From Podarcis cretensis (Eukaryota), in assembly GCA_951804945.1 (NCBI GenBank), contig OX638154.1, forward strand, positions 71,982,001 through 72,046,000: a stretch of 64,000 nucleotides of DNA, given 5' to 3'. The position numbers were made by a program, and so were the translations under genes. This document shows positions 11,635 to 24,327 of this stretch, piece by piece. The notes beneath the pieces were generated by a model. It was not told the origin of the DNA. It saw only the letters and a program-made list of their open reading frames with translations, and did not search any database. The first letter of the stretch is position 1. Each line of letters begins with the position of its first letter.

Positions 11635-13007
11635 TACCTTTGATTAAAAAAAATAATCCACATAGAATAACCAACAAACCCACACCGAACAATAAAAACA
11701 CTATATGTAAAACAGCATAACATTAGTTGCAATAACACCCAGAAATGCCAGGAGCAGGTAACAATAATCAAGCAAAGTCTGGATGAAGAGGTATGCTTTC
11801 AATTTCTGGCGGAAGCACCCAACAACCTGTGCCCACTTGATCTCTGGGATAAGGGGTATCATTCTACAAAATAGGCGCCACCAGAAATAAAGCCTGTTTT
11901 TTTAATGCTTCAGGCCAATTTCCATATCAAGAAGATATCCATATCAAGATTCCAAACCCCCAAATCAACAAGGTTTGCTTAATCACCCTTCTGTAACCCC
12001 AGCAAGTGTTGTGCAACTGTGCACACACAGAAGAGTCCTGAGCTGCTCAGAACCAAAGAAGCCACGATGGTATGAAACAAACAAACAAAAACCCCACGGA
12101 AAGGCCAAGCAAAGTCCCATCCAATTTGCTCACGAGGCAGCTAATGCAGTTTGTCAGTGTTATAAATCTCTGGATTTCTATGAAGACAGGATTGCCAAGA
12201 AGAGTCCAAGTTAGCGGCGGGGCTCGTTTTATCTTCCGGTCTCATCATAAACGCCACACAGAGGCACAGTCCAAAAGACCGCAAAAAGGCACAATCATAA
12301 CCATGCTTACTGGTAAAAGAAAAAGGAAGCAACACGGTGATCTGATTTTTAAAAAATATTTTAAAATCAAGGCCTGGCTGGCTGCTAATCCTCTTTGCGT
12401 CAAGGCCTCAAAAGCAGACAGTCAATCAGCCATCCTTCTGAACAGAGGGCAGACAAGGTTATAGGTAGGCAGGCCAGGGGAACTCCGCCTGCCCCTGAAC
12501 ATTGTTCCGTGGAATTTGCACAGCAGGGTAGATGGGAATTTGGAGGCTAGCCAATGCTGGGAAGCCATACAAGTCCCTGAGCCAAGCCTTTCACCTTCCT
12601 GCATTTCTGAAGCATCAGGAAGCTCCTGGCCAGCATCCCAGCTTGGTAGAACCCATAGAAAACCCCCAGTATTGTAGTATATGAGAAAGGGCTTAAGCAG
12701 AGGGGGGAGGGCAGGAAAGATGCTCATTCAAGATATTGCACATAACATCTGTGGAAAATTATTAGAGGCAACATCAAGTTCATTGCTTGCATTCTCTGAA
12801 AGCAGTTGTCTTGATACGGGGTGGGGTGGGGTGGGGACACTGTACAAGGCTGCCATCTGCCGGTTAGGGTTGGCAACCGTTAAGATATTTTATCTGCCCA
12901 GTTGGGACTTTTGCCTCAACTTCAGATTAAGGTTTTTAAAGAAAAAAAATAATATTTATTTTAAGAAGTGATCTCCTCCCACTCTCACACTCTGATCCAC
13001 CTTCAGG

Positions 13008-13178
13008 GGAAGGGCCAGAGCTCAGTGATAGAGTATCTGCTTTGCATATTGAAAGTCTCAGAATCAGTCCCAGGTATCTCCAAGTAGGACTAAGAATGTC
13101 CCATCTGAAACTCTGGAAAGTCATTGCCAGTCAATGCAGATAGCCTGAGTTAGATGGACCAATAGGCTGCTTCCTATA
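13008..13178 (+). mobile_element. Squam3-like tRNA-derived SINE, degenerate
   Basis: tRNA-like head gggccagagctcagtgatagagtatctgctttgc... and tail tagatggaccaat...gcttcctat. Related minus-strand copies at ~19815-19965, ~40480-40560 and 44575-44714. Confidence 0.7.
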
Positions 13179-13460
13179 CCTCCCTTGGATCTGACTAGCC
13201 CCCTCTCTCTGGTCTTATCTACCAAAAAAACCCAAAAGCAAACCCCAGGCTGTACCCTAACCTGCCAAAATCCCACCAAGCTCCCCGCAACTGCACCCCC
13301 TTATCTCAGTATCTTTCAAAACACACCTAAGAACAATACATGAGTGCTTCGCTGTTCCTCAGAGCTAGAAATACCTGCTTCCTCTCTGGCCCCACTAACC
13401 ACCACAGCTATCTTATTTGTGTCATCCTTTCCACATCCAAAAGGTGTGCCAATCAAGGGA

Positions 13461-14193
13461 TGTAGTAGTCAGACCACACGTGGAGTCCCGTGTGCAGTTC
13501 TGGGCCCCACAATTTAAGATTGACAAGCTGGAACGTGTGCAGAGGAGGGCAGCCAAGATGATCAAGGGCCTGGAAACCAAGCCTTATGAGGAACAAATTG
13601 GGTATGTTTAGCCTGGAAAAGAGGAGACTGAGAAGAGGTATGATAGCCAAATATCTTAAGGGCTTCTACAGGGAGCAGGGAGAAAGCTTGTTTTCTCCTG
13701 CTCTGGAGGGTAGGACTTGAAGCAATGGCTTCAAGTTATAAGAAAGGACATTCCACTAAACACCAGGAAGAACTTTCTGACAGTAAGAATTGTTCGACAG
13801 TGGAAGAGACTCCCACAAGCAGAGGTGGAGCATGACCACTTTGGTCACGCTGGGTCTTGGGGGCCCCACAGAGGATGCTGCAACTATTATTTAGAATGGA
13901 GTACGAGAGGCAGTGGGGCACCAAATTTTGGCATCACACATGCTGCTCGCCGCTGAAATTTGAGCCCTTAAGGTTTTCCACTGCCAGGAGAGGTGGTGGA
14001 CTCTTTCCTTGGAGGTTTCTAAGCAGAGATTGGATGGCCATCTGTCATGCATGATCTACTTGAGATTCCTTTAAAAAAAGAATTATTATGCAATACTGTC
14101 TCCACAGAGAAAAGAACATAGCATTCAGTTTATGGCATTAAGAGATTCCTTCATTGCAAGGGGTTGGACTAGATGATCCTCTACGATTCTATG
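13461..14193 (+). mobile_element. CR1 LINE 3' fragment with two internal insertions (~13818-13985 and 14072-14141)
   Basis: Translates [36 protein letters not shown] (CR1 RT C-terminus). 3' end ggggttggactagatgatc...gattctatga. Confidence 0.88.
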
Positions 14194-15244
14194 AGAGTAG
14201 GAGTGTTGGCTTCCTACCAAATAATACAGCTTGGCAGGAAAGAAGTCTACCTTACATGTCCGGCAATTACCTTACCTTTCTCATCTGTGACTACCCATTC
14301 AACTTGTGCATGTATGTGGAGCTGTATTTGTTGCAATTTCTTGTTTGTTTGTCTTGCATGCATCCGATTTCCTTCCATTTCACTGCAAACATCCACGAAA
14401 TAAAACCATATGCTCTGCCATAGCAACATTCTAATACAAACACAGACTAATCTTTGTTCACTAGAGTACACAGTTCTTTTTTATTTCTTATTAACACAAT
14501 CTGCATCTGCATACAGTTCACCCAAATTCCATAGCAACCACACAAATACAAATTAATGTTTTTGGGGGTTTTAAAAAAAAGTTTTCCGGGAAATAGCTTG
14601 GAACTTAAAAGGGCAGAATGCAATGTTTGTAAGCAAATGCAGCTTGAATTGGGTAGCACTACTGACTATAAATTTTTTCTGTCTGTCTTCTTGCAAGTTG
14701 AGGACTTCTATAAACTAGAAATATGTTGAAAAAGAGTGTCTCTTATACTAATACACCTTATACTTGTTATTAGAAGCAGCAGAGGCAGAAGGAAAATGCT
14801 AAACAAATAAAGCTCTATTTCTGAAATTACTTGCAAATCCCACTGCAACTAGTGGGATTTATTAAGTTGCATGTGGCTTGAAGAACTGAAAATAGATGCT
14901 TTGGATGCTAAAGCTTCCCTTGCTTTTGCCTTTATATGCAGTTTATGAGAAGGAGGCAAAACCAGTCAGAGGCAGCAGCACCAAGTGTTACTCGCAGACT
15001 TTTCCTATGACAAGGAAGCACCTGAAACATTCCTGAAGGTTATCTGGAGCATTTAAAAAGACCCAAGAGTATGTTGCCTTTTAAAGCATCCTTTCCATGC
15101 CTATTCATCCATATTCCCAACTGCATTTGAAATTTTAGCTTCCAGTGATTATGTTTGCCAAATACCCAGGGCATGTTGGTTGTTTTCAGAAGGTGGTGGT
15201 AGTAATATATTGTACCAGACAGCACTGTGTACCATTGCCATGTA

Positions 15245-15802
15245 GGGGTGCAGGTGGTGCTGTGGTCTAAACCACTGAGCCTCTTGGGCTTGCTGCAAGG
15301 TCAGGGGGTACCCGGTGCAGAAAATTTCTTGTCATACCCCCCCCCATCAATATCTACTTGGACTCCCAAGAGACTGTGATCTACTCACAGTATAAAAAGG
15401 CTGCCTGTGATCTATCCATTTTTTTTTAGGGGAGGGTTGGTCAAAGTTGTTGAGCTTTTTGAGGGGCAGACCGGGAGCAAGGGCCTGTCAAAAACGAAGG
15501 GGGAAGGGTGCAGCTCCCCCTTCCCCCAACAACTCGGGGTAGGCACGCCCTCGGAGATGACATCACCCCCCTCGGAGATGACACCAGGGCGGTCCACACC
15601 CACCTTGCTCTGCCCCTGCCTGCCAATCCAGCAGTTCAAAAGCATGTCAGTGCAAGTAGATAAATAGGTACCGCTGTGGCAGGAAGGCAAACAGTGTTTC
15701 CGTGTGCTCTGGTTTCCGTCACCGTGTTACATTGCACCAGAAGCAGTTTAGTCATGTTGGCCACATGACTCTGAAAAGCTGTCTATGGACAAACGCCGGT
15801 CC
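15245..15802 (+). mobile_element. Sauria SINE interrupted by ~310 bp of unrelated sequence (~15296-15605)
   Basis: SINE head ggtggtgctgtggtctaaaccactgagcctc. The SINE body resumes at cctgccaatccagcagttcaaaagc...gtagataaataggtaccgc. Confidence 0.8.
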
Positions 15803-16269
15803 CATCTCAAGCTCTAGTGGTTCACTATAGAACAGACTTCAGGAATTGTTCATCAGTTCCCACATTCCCTTCTGTTCTGCTGCAGCTGTCATTGCTTACA
15901 ACCAGCCACACCTTTTCCTGGAAGGGTGCAATACAGATTCATGTAGAAGTGTTTTTAGAATTGCCTCTTTGTGCACATTCAGGAAACTGGAAAAGCAAAC
16001 AGGGTATTGCGAATCCATTTTGTTTTAAAAGGTTGCTGAGTCACACCTGGCAACTTGCCAGGTGTGGCTCACCCTTTAAATGTGGATTTTTCATAGCCTG
16101 GTAAGACATTTTGTTTGGGTGGGCATGTGCAAAATATGACTAAGCCCCACCTACTAGCCCTTCTCCAAGTTCTGCCTATGCCTCCTGAGCTTTTATCACT
16201 ACAGTCGTGAACCTACATGATTAAATCTATATCCAGCCCCAGTGCCAATCCTTATTGATATGTAACATA

Positions 16270-16532
16270 CAATGGTACCTTGGTTCTCAAATGCCTTGGT
16301 AGTCAAACAACTTGGAACCCAAACAATGCAAACCCAGAAGTGAGTGTTCCGGTTCACGAACTTTTTTTGGAAGCCGTACGTGCTCCATTTTGAATGCTAC
16401 GGTTCCGATTTGAGTGCCACACTTCCATTTTGAGTGTTACACTGAGGTCTGCCTGTTTTTGCTATTTGTTTTGCGTTTTTGTGGCTTTTTTTGTTTTGTT
16501 TTTGTGACTGTGTGGAATCCAGTTTAGCTGCT

Positions 16533-16580
<48 letters not shown>

Positions 16581-16846
16581 TAGATAGATAGGTGATAGGT
16601 GATAGATGATAGATAGACTGTGTGACTGCAGTAAATTGTTTATTGTTTTCATTTTATGACTCAATGCTCTTGTTATATAATAAAATTCATGTTAAATTGC
16701 TGTTTTAGAGGTTGTTTTTAAAAGTCTTGAACGGATTAATCCATTTTGCATTACTTTCTATGGGAAAGCGCATCTTGGTTTTGGAACGCTTTGGTTTTGG
16801 AACGGATTTCTGGAACAAATTAATTTTGAGAACCAAGGTACCACTG
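16270..16846. mobile_element. Tigger/pogo-like non-autonomous DNA transposon containing a (GATA)n tract (~16533-16617)
   Basis: TIRs caatggtaccttggttctc / gagaaccaaggtaccactg, TA duplication. Confidence 0.88.
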
Positions 16847-17484
16847 TATTATTTTGCTCCCAAGTATAAAACAGATCATGCTATAGGTTAAGGCAGATAT
16901 TACATGAGGAGATATAATTTTGTGACCCAATTTTCAGCCAATTTATATTGGACCATTAATTATTTTCTCATTGTCAATGAAAAAGTAGTTTTCAGGAACA
17001 GATGTATCAATTTATTCGCTTGTTCAGGAAGTAGGCTTGAGACAGAGTAACAATGTCAATCTTCCTTCCCTGTCCTGCTAGCGCCCCCCACTAGTAAAGA
17101 CTACTAGTTAAAATCTTGGGCAGCTATCTGCAGTCAGTTGCAGAGAGTACTTGGCCAGCCAAGCTGTTGGTCTCTCTCAGTATAAGTCAGCTTCTCATAG
17201 ACTATTCCTTGGGGTCCTCTGAACAGGCAGTTAATCTAGTAAACAGACCACATGAATTGTTTGGCTGTCGCTTTGGTATTGCACCAATTTTCTATGTGCC
17301 CTGAAACAATTATGGGGTTTGCTACACCGCCCCACCTCCTGTGGGTTGTGTGTGTGTTTTTTTGTAAAACAAAGACAATAAAGTCATTGTAATAAATACT
17401 TACTCACTCTTTCATGCGAGGACAATGAGCTAATGTTTATTTAGTACTTTGAAGCTGCAAATGTACCAACACATGAGCTGAAGT

Positions 17485-17665
17485 TGCTATTGCCGCAGCA
17501 CTTTTTCCAGTGCTTTGTCCAATCTAGCTTTAAATGACTCAGTTAATGAGATGCTCACCATTTCCCCAGGGAGATCATTGCGCAGTGCAGTTGAAGAAGT
17601 TTTCAAGACTTTCAGGGTACTCATCCAAAATCTGTCAACTGCTTGATTTTGTTGTGTTTTCTTAT
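17485..17665 (-). mobile_element. Ancient CR1-like 3' fragment
   Basis: Minus-strand translation NDLPGEMVSISLTESFKARLDKAL resembles the CR1 ORF2 end (WNxLPxEVV...FKxRLDxxL). Confidence 0.55.
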
Positions 17666-18289
17666 TTAAACTGAAGTCCATCCCAATCCACCTGGTCTAT
17701 TTGGCTGATGCAGTGATGGCACACCACTGTCTACAGCTTCCTTATAGCATAAAAGGAGGCAAAAGGTCAGCCCAATGGATCAGGTAGCTAACAATATTCA
17801 AGTTCAGGCAATTATCCATGGCCAAATGTTATAGTGAACAGCTTCAAATGCATATACTGTTTGGCTTCTAACTAATACATTAGCTCATTTCAGAACTACA
17901 AATTAGCAAGGAGCACATTGCACCTTTGCAAATAATTATAGTTGCTTGTATTTTTCTTACTTTATTATGCAAACAGAAAGCTTCTTTATTTCAAGTATTC
18001 CCAGTTCTGACACCATCTTTTAACAATGATGGTTATTCCTTAGGGCTGCTCTGTGTTGTTCTGTTTATATCTATCTAGCTCTCTAAACCGCAGCATTGAA
18101 AAGTGATTATTTATCTACTTAGGTCAGGGAGAGATAAGCGCCTTGCCGAGGCATTATTTCCATTATACAACATTACAATCACATTTGAATTTGTCAGAAG
18201 TTCCATCTATCCAGGGCAGGTTTACTTGCATCCATAAGAAGACCAGGGATCTATTACTCGGAATTAAACAGGTCATTAAACTATTCATG

Positions 18290-18789
18290 AGTCAGGGACC
18301 ATGCTGAGGACTGCATTGGGGAGGAATGGTGGGAACCGCCCCCCCCCCCTTGCCCTGCTGCTTCCAGGAGCAGGAGGACAGTATAGATTCGGAACAGTGG
18401 TTTGCAGAAGGACATAGTTCAGAAGGCAGAAGCTGGAAAGTACTGGAGGGGGAACAGCTAGGAGGAGAAGCACTGGGAGAGAGTTAACAGATGCACTGTC
18501 TCTAGAAAGCATTCACCCATTCTGCCCAAGGTCAAGAAAAGCAGATAAGGTGGCAGCACAGAAAGCACAGTGGTTACAAGACCAGGTTACAAGACGTGGT
18601 AGTGATGTGGGTGATTAGGGAGGAAGTGGGTGGGACCCTTAATTGGGAGCACCTTCATTCCTAGGAATGGATTCTTTGTTCTCTCACCGTGATCATTAAA
18701 GGTTATAACTGGTAAGAAGAGACCTTTCTCTTTGTTCTGCTTATCTATGGCCAAAGGGTGGGGGGGAGCTGATTCCCTGAAGCCTGACA
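18290..18789 (+). mobile_element. Solo LTR (probably Gypsy-type), 500 bp
   Basis: Termini (a)GTCAGG...CCTGACA; perfect 5-bp TSD tcatg at 18285-18289 and 18790-18794. Purine-rich 5' half, ATTAAA at ~18695. Confidence 0.8.
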
Positions 18790-19983
18790 TCATGCAAACT
18801 ATGTAACACAATGCAATCCCGTCTTCTCAAACCTATTATCCCAGAGTTTCTTGAAGCCTGGTTTTTGTTTCTTGAAGCCCAATTCAAGCAAAGTTCCAGG
18901 AACATGTTTAGAAGAGTATGTTACGTGTCCTCTGGGAAGCATCTATTTGTTTCAGTTTTCAGTCCTCATGGGCAGAAACTGAAGTCTTAATGAACCATTA
19001 AGGCTGTTGATGGGCATAACCCGGCCAAAGTAAGACTGACTTCAGATACTGATCTCACTTCACGTTTCAATTGTCATCACCAATCCACTATGCAGTGTTA
19101 TTTTGAGGGCAGACAGCAGCTGATTCTTCAGGTGCTTTGTATAAATCAAGAGAGAAACAAAAAGATTGCTGTTCACCACCTTATAAAAGCTAGTTGGGCT
19201 GTGATCTTACCACATATACACACAGCACAGGAAGAGACCAGTTACAATGTAAAAAGAAGGGCAATCAACCTATAGGGTCTTCCCAATATCAAAAGCTTGT
19301 TTGAATTACCTATGAACCCGACTCCACATCATCAGTTACAGCAAGGTAAGTTCTTGCCAGTTTAGTCCTTGATAACAGCATCTTGCCAGACAGGTGCTCT
19401 TCTGAGCACATGATGGGGCAAAATTTCTCTAGATTCCATCCACTTCTGCTGCATCATGAGCAACAGATTTGGCTCACTATGTGGTAAAATCTTTCAATAG
19501 CATGTTAGAGTAGGGCTGGATCTAGACCCATCGAAGAAGCATTTCAGTTAAACGGGTTGTGAACTTTGTATGAGAAATTGGGCTGGCAAAAATGGAACTC
19601 CACAGCACCATCTTGTGTCATAGTGTTAGAATGCATAAACAATGCATATAAAGTGTTTATTCTTTGCGAATGTAGCTGAGTCCTGGATGCCCTGGCTTTT
19701 TCTCATTTTCTTGTTTTCAATAAACTCACTAAGGGAAATTCAACACTAATCTTTCCTTAATATTTACATTGCCTGCATTGTTTTTTTAAAAGCTAAATCA
19801 ATTACGCACACATTTTAAGGTAGCTTAACACTGAGTCAGACCACTGGTCCATCTACTTCTCTGACTTCAACATGAATTGACAGCTACTTTCCAAGGGCTC
19901 AGTGGCCTCGCCGTGCCAAGCTACCTGAAATTCTTTTACCCAGATGTGCCCTGGGCTGAACCTTGCACAATTCTTTCTAACAA

Positions 19984-20366
19984 TGGCCTGGTTCGTGCAT
20001 CACAAAAAAAAGACTGGCTTAGAATGAGCATGTGAGCATGCATGCTCAAGGAGATCAGAGGAGCTCTGCTTCTTCCTGATCATTCTGCTGCTGCACTGCA
20101 CTAAGCCTCAGTACATTATCCAAACCCAGGTTTGTGGTTTAGCTCTCCTTTGCAAACCATGAGCCGTAGAACAAAGACTAAACCTTGGCTGCAGCTCATG
20201 ATTGGTTTGGAAAGAACTAAACTGGAAGCCCAGATTTGGATGACATGTTAAGCCTAATGATGTCTAAGCACAGCGCAGCAGCAGAACAACTGGGAAGGAG
20301 CAAGTGGCTGTGATTTCTCTAGGAGCCCACAAACTCACCCCAAGCTGTTGCTTATGTGCAATCCAG
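19984..20366. mobile_element. Old palindromic MITE (tggcctggttc... TIR family)
   Basis: Left end tggcctggttcgtgcat, right end atgtgcaatccag. Same family as the outer element at 42234-42838. Confidence 0.5.
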
Positions 20367-20387
20367 ATCAATATATTAAAGCAGGGA

Positions 20388-20495
20388 TTTATTGCAACAA
20401 ATATTTGTTTCTTTTATGAGTTGGTTGCTTCTGTTTCATGTTCTTTACCACACCCAGATATTTGTACAGATGAAAGGAGAGTTAGGTGTTTTATT
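20388..20495 (-). terminator. Two candidate ZNHIT6 poly(A) signals (minus-strand AATAAA at 20490-20495 and 20388-20393)
   Basis: tttatt on the + strand, ~320 and ~420 nt past the stop codon. Confidence 0.55.
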
Positions 20496-20813
20496 AAAAG
20501 TATTTATAGCTTTCTACTTCAATAAGTGGAAAAAACAGCCAAGTGTACAGAGATTGGCAACAGAGTCCTGTAAAACTGCAATTGTTACATCAGTGATTTT
20601 CACACAAGAAAGCTAGAGCTAGGCACCTTAATCTATAAACATAGATTAGAACATAATGCAGAACATACATTAACAGATTGCAGTGCTTTTTAATAGCTGT
20701 AGGTTTTGGATACTATTATTAAAAAGCAATGCTCAAAACTAATTTGCTGAATATATGTTCAACGAGTCAGGTGCAAAGCAAGTTGCTCCAACTCCACATC
20801 CGATTTTGCTTTG

Positions 20814-20878
20814 TCAGGAGCTATCATGGATTTCCCCTTCTTCCTCAGATGAGTTTTCCTGGTTGGATTTACTGGCAT
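20814..20878 (-). CDS. ZNHIT6: ZNHIT6 exon 10 (last coding exon; DASKSNQENSSEEEGEIHDSS*)
   Basis: Strong polypyrimidine acceptor tttttccccttctctcctttag|AT; phase 1 matches exon 9; TGA at 20814-20816; poly(A) signals follow. The exon is short and poorly conserved, hence the lower confidence. Confidence 0.78.
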
Positions 20879-23800
20879 CTAAAGGAGAGAAGGGGAAAAA
20901 ATACAATATTTATATATTTACTAAGCTAACCCCAGCCCTGGTTTTGCACCCTCCACAAATGTTTCCTATTATTCTCTTCGATTTAAATGGATTCTTATCT
21001 ACTATATGCTTTTTTGTATTCTTATTTATACCACTTACAAACTTTGGTGATTAAGTGGTATAAAAATAGGTGGAATAAATGAATAATAAATGCACATTTC
21101 CACAGTACATAGTTACTTGCAAAGTAACTATCATTCATTCATTCATTCATTTATAAATTGTATACTGCCCTTCCTCTGTAGGTCTCACAATATAAAAACA
21201 CAATATAAAACTACAAAATACACAATAAAAAAGAACAAAAAAAAATCCCACAAACCAATAAACCTCCTCCCCCAAACACATTTAAAAGGAGTATAATATG
21301 TTCATCATTAATAGGTGGAAGTTCTACCAATTGTTCATGGAGTTACTCCTAAATCAATCCCTAATCAGAATCCAAGAAGGACTGCCATGTGGTGTTGGAC
21401 TTCTTGCCTGAGCATTTTGTTTATTGACTAGACCTGGGCTTATAGTTCTGGAGGTGCAGCTACATAGGCTTGCAATTTCCGAGGAGTGTTTGGAAGTGTA
21501 GGAGGGCTTTGTAAAGGTGAAAGATTGCTTGGCTGATTTCTTGTCCATCTCCCTTAGACAGAGCAGTCAGGCTTTTTTTGTTGCCCCTAGTTCCAATGAG
21601 GATGGCTTCCAAGTGGTGCTCAGAGAGCTACCTTCTTTAAAACGGGATGCCTGTGACTGCTGCCTCACATCTACTACAAAAACTGCACAGCAACAGACAT
21701 TTTCCTTTTTTAAAAAATGTATACCTTCCTTTCTACTGCACAAGGCGGCTCACAACAATTCAAATCAGAATATGAAAATATAATAAAAATGTTCCTTTCT
21801 GATGTGCCATCGGAGACCATGGGTACAGTTTCAAGTGAGTGCTTCTAGCAATTCATTGGCCAGGAAGACCACTGAGAGGGACAAAAGGATGCAATTTTTT
21901 CTATATTCAATGTAACACCTAACTGATGGAACAATCTATTATCTAGCCTTTCCTTCAAGGAATAAAGTCAGCATATATCCCCCCCCCCCCCCCCGTGAGA
22001 AAAGTTAGGCTGAGAGATAGCGACTGGATCAAGGTCACCCGGTGAGCTTTAAAGCTGAACCCGGGTGTTCCCAATCTTTGTCTGGCACTCTCAGCATACT
22101 GGCTCTCATAAGAAACCGTATTTATAAAGCAAAACTGGATTCGTGGAACACAGGGTGTGGTGATGTATCACTAGGTGGAAAGACTCAACATGACAGCCAT
22201 CATTTGTAATGTCAGGCAGAACAGAATTTGGCATTTCATTAAAACTTCTGATTTACACAGAGCACTACTGAGAATTGGTCTTGTTTCATGTTGGAACCCT
22301 TTCAACGAAACTAAGACATGACGCATACATGTTGCCTTTTTGTATAGTTCAACATTTCAACATAGCGTTTGCAAGTCTGAGCCAAAGTGAAGATGTTACA
22401 GATTCAAGCTGTCCAGAGTTCCAGGAGTGACTGATGTCATCATTTCCTGAAGTGTTTGTCAACCTTCCCCTCCCTCTCCCACCCTCCAGATCACCCCAAT
22501 TCTCCTGCCACAGCCCTACCAACCCCTCCTCAGATGAGGTCAACAGATATATATATACACACACACATATAAAATGCATGTTTGCAAAGGAAATACACAT
22601 AATTTTTCTTATGGGTATTTTCATTTAACTAGTATTGCTTAACACCAATGTGCTTTTTTGTACATATGAGGCCAAAGGCTTCTTATTAGAGAAATATTAC
22701 TAAGATGAAGTTAATGGGGAATTGCTACGTAGTCATGAAATGCTGAGCAGATGGTCAGCAGGGGTAACACTGGGATCAAGTGTGCACCTGTATAACTTCA
22801 ATGGAATCTAGACAAGAAAATAAAAGCACTTCACCCAGAAACGGCTGAGGTCACATTTTGTCTACATTAAATCTAGTGTATAATCAATTAACATCTATAT
22901 GCCAGATATGTACTGAGTACTGAGATAGAAAGAAATGTTTTTGTCCCTAAGTCTTGTAATAACTTCTATAATCCTTTAGTAATTCTAGCCGTGACTATGC
23001 TTGCAGACAGAATGGCGAACACCTGTACTTTCTTTAAACAAGACCAACCATACTAACCCCATAAAGCAGCGTAAACAATCTGATTTAAAATTACTTTTAA
23101 TTTGAAGGCTAGGGCCCTTTTTCTATTATGCTTTCATCGCAGAACACTGCCTGCTTTTTAAGTGGAATACTGTATTTCATTGTGTATGCATATATAAATT
23201 CAGGTTGTGTCTTTTGTCAATTTGTGCAGAGAAAAACACATACTTTCTAACATATTGCTCAGTTACAAACGTAACTAATGAAATATCAATCTTATTCAAA
23301 GACAAGAATATAAATCCAGAATTTTGGTGATCTCATTACAAGGCCCATTGTAAGATCTTTCCAAGGTGACCAGAACAGAAAGAATCTGCTGTTTCAATAG
23401 GCTCATGAATGTTTTCAAAGTTTTTGGGTCTCATAAGGAAAAACATTCCAGATATTTCAATTCTAGAAGTGTCTGGTTGTGACCTGCACTTATATCCACA
23501 TTACTACTGACTATCTATCTATGTAAAATAAAATAGAAAAATTCTACATAGGCAGCAACTAAAATACCATGGGAATGCAAAAGCTTGCTAAGAAACGGCC
23601 AATCAGGCACAATTCACAGCAGCTTCTTAGCAAGAAGGTTTTGTAAGGTTCAGTTTCCCATTCAGATTAGCTAGCACTCACATGTTCTACAAATGGAAAG
23701 GTGTGATCCACATTATGCTATTAGCAGCTAGATTAAATTCTGTTTTTTTGTTCAAGCTACTGAACACACTTATAGAGCAAGCTTTTTGAAAAAGGTTATT

Positions 23801-24327
23801 TTGATATAAACCACCTTGCACCCTGGTTATATATACAGGACATATGTATACATAGAAAACATAAGCAAGCGAAGAGGGATATCAGAAAAACTTCCTTAGC
23901 CCCAAACTTATTCCAGAAGACAACGATGGCATCTTCCCTTTTTAAAATGTATGCCATTACTGTGCCTGCTCAGCACTGCCAGTGCAACACTGTAGCCATT
24001 TACCACTGAAGCCTACCCTGATGTGTTTGATCTTTGTTATTTGTTAATTATTATTTGTATTTATAACCTCCTCTTCCATCAAATAGTTGCGGGGTGGGTT
24101 GCAAAAGCGTAACCATTGCAAAGTACCACGCACAATTAAAAATTCAGGAACAAAAAACTGCTGCACAGAAAAGAGCTATGCTAAAATACCATGATATACA
24201 ACTAAAATACAATGCAAGGGATTAAAACATTGTTCCAGCTGCATTTAAAAGCTCATCTTCCATTAAGTACAGCACCCTCAACTCTTAAAAACATAGCGAA
24301 AGGAGGAAGGGAGTCTGCAGGTAGCAT

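Noticed and set aside
2100-20300. Numerous 60-185 aa ORFs between CCN1 and ZNHIT6
   Set aside because: No recognisable domains or consistent exon chain; most overlap repeats or microsatellites or start at non-ATG codons.
22349-22624. Alternative ZNHIT6 last exon
   Set aside because: No strong polypyrimidine acceptor compared with 20878 and no recognisable similarity.
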